Assembly (NCBI RefSeq): GCF_006345805.1
Contig: NC_043005.1
Span: 23,064,001-23,128,000, forward strand
Origin: Octopus sinensis
Lineage: Eukaryota
DNA length: 64,000 bases
Reading direction: 5' to 3'
The position numbers were made by a program, and so were the translations under genes. How positions within the stretch are numbered: position 1 is the stretch's first letter; each line of letters starts with the position of its first letter. Below the pieces are notes generated by a model. It was given only the letters and a program-made list of their open reading frames with translations. It searched no databases and was not told the DNA's origin. Of this stretch, positions 63,585 to 64,000 are shown piece by piece.

Positions 63585-64000
63585 TAGAAGACCCGGCAGG
63601 ACAAGTGAGTCCACAACCCGTGGCCTTCTACATGGGATGGAGCCAGCCTACGTATGCATACCTTCCCTTCTTGGGACACAAAACTCTACTTGTGAAGACG
63701 TGTTGAGGCAAGTGAGGATCAGAATCGAAATCGATCAATGGAAATTGCGGATGTGCTACCAGTGCCGGTGGCATGTCGAAACTCTGCTTGTGAAGACCCA
63801 TTGAGGCAAGTGAGGATCAGAATGGAAATCGATCAATGGAAATTGCAGATGTGTTACCAGTGCCGGTGGCATGTAAGAGAACTTTCCGTTTCGCGACCGT
63901 TGCCAGCACCGCCCTGTTTCGTGTCCGTTGCCAGCCTCGCCTGGCCCTCGTGCCGGTGGCACATAAAAAGCACCATCCGTTCGTGGCCGTTTGCCAGCTC
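63585..64000 (+). mobile_element. Young RTE-tail element running off the window
   Basis: gaagacccggc...aaactctacttgtgaagac, with a ~100-bp internal duplication (63681-63875) and CpG-rich tandem units. Confidence 0.75.

Overview
AT-rich, repeat-dense eukaryotic genomic DNA. The repeat types (tRNA-headed SINEs, RTE LINE tails ending in (GAT)n, abundant (TA)n/(CA)n microsatellites) suggest a cephalopod, probably Octopus; this assignment is an inference. Three spliced protein-coding genes can be rebuilt by hand with consistent splice phases. (1) The first four coding exons of UQCC1, a mitochondrial complex III assembly factor, on the minus strand (10201->486, continuing off the left edge); the ORF track largely misses it. 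(2) A two-coding-exon ZNF800-like zinc-finger gene on the plus strand (27254-27889 + 32056-33183, 587 aa). (3) The last three coding exons of STAM (ESCRT-0) on the minus strand (62310->55892). The rest is decayed mobile DNA: RTE, CR1/L2-like and R4/Dong LINEs, Tc1/mariner elements, a TTAA-flanked MITE family, a MITE with an 8-bp TSD, probable Penelope and DIRS relics, and at least three SINE families. The least expected signal is a dispersed set of type-I hammerhead-ribozyme-like motifs (about 1255, 10408, 14863, 18690, 37224, 43721). Most lie in short elements next to TA microsatellites, and several sit at the axis of long inverted repeats; one of these is about 170 bp upstream of the UQCC1 start codon. 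Exon coordinates were counted base by base; most repeat boundaries are approximate.
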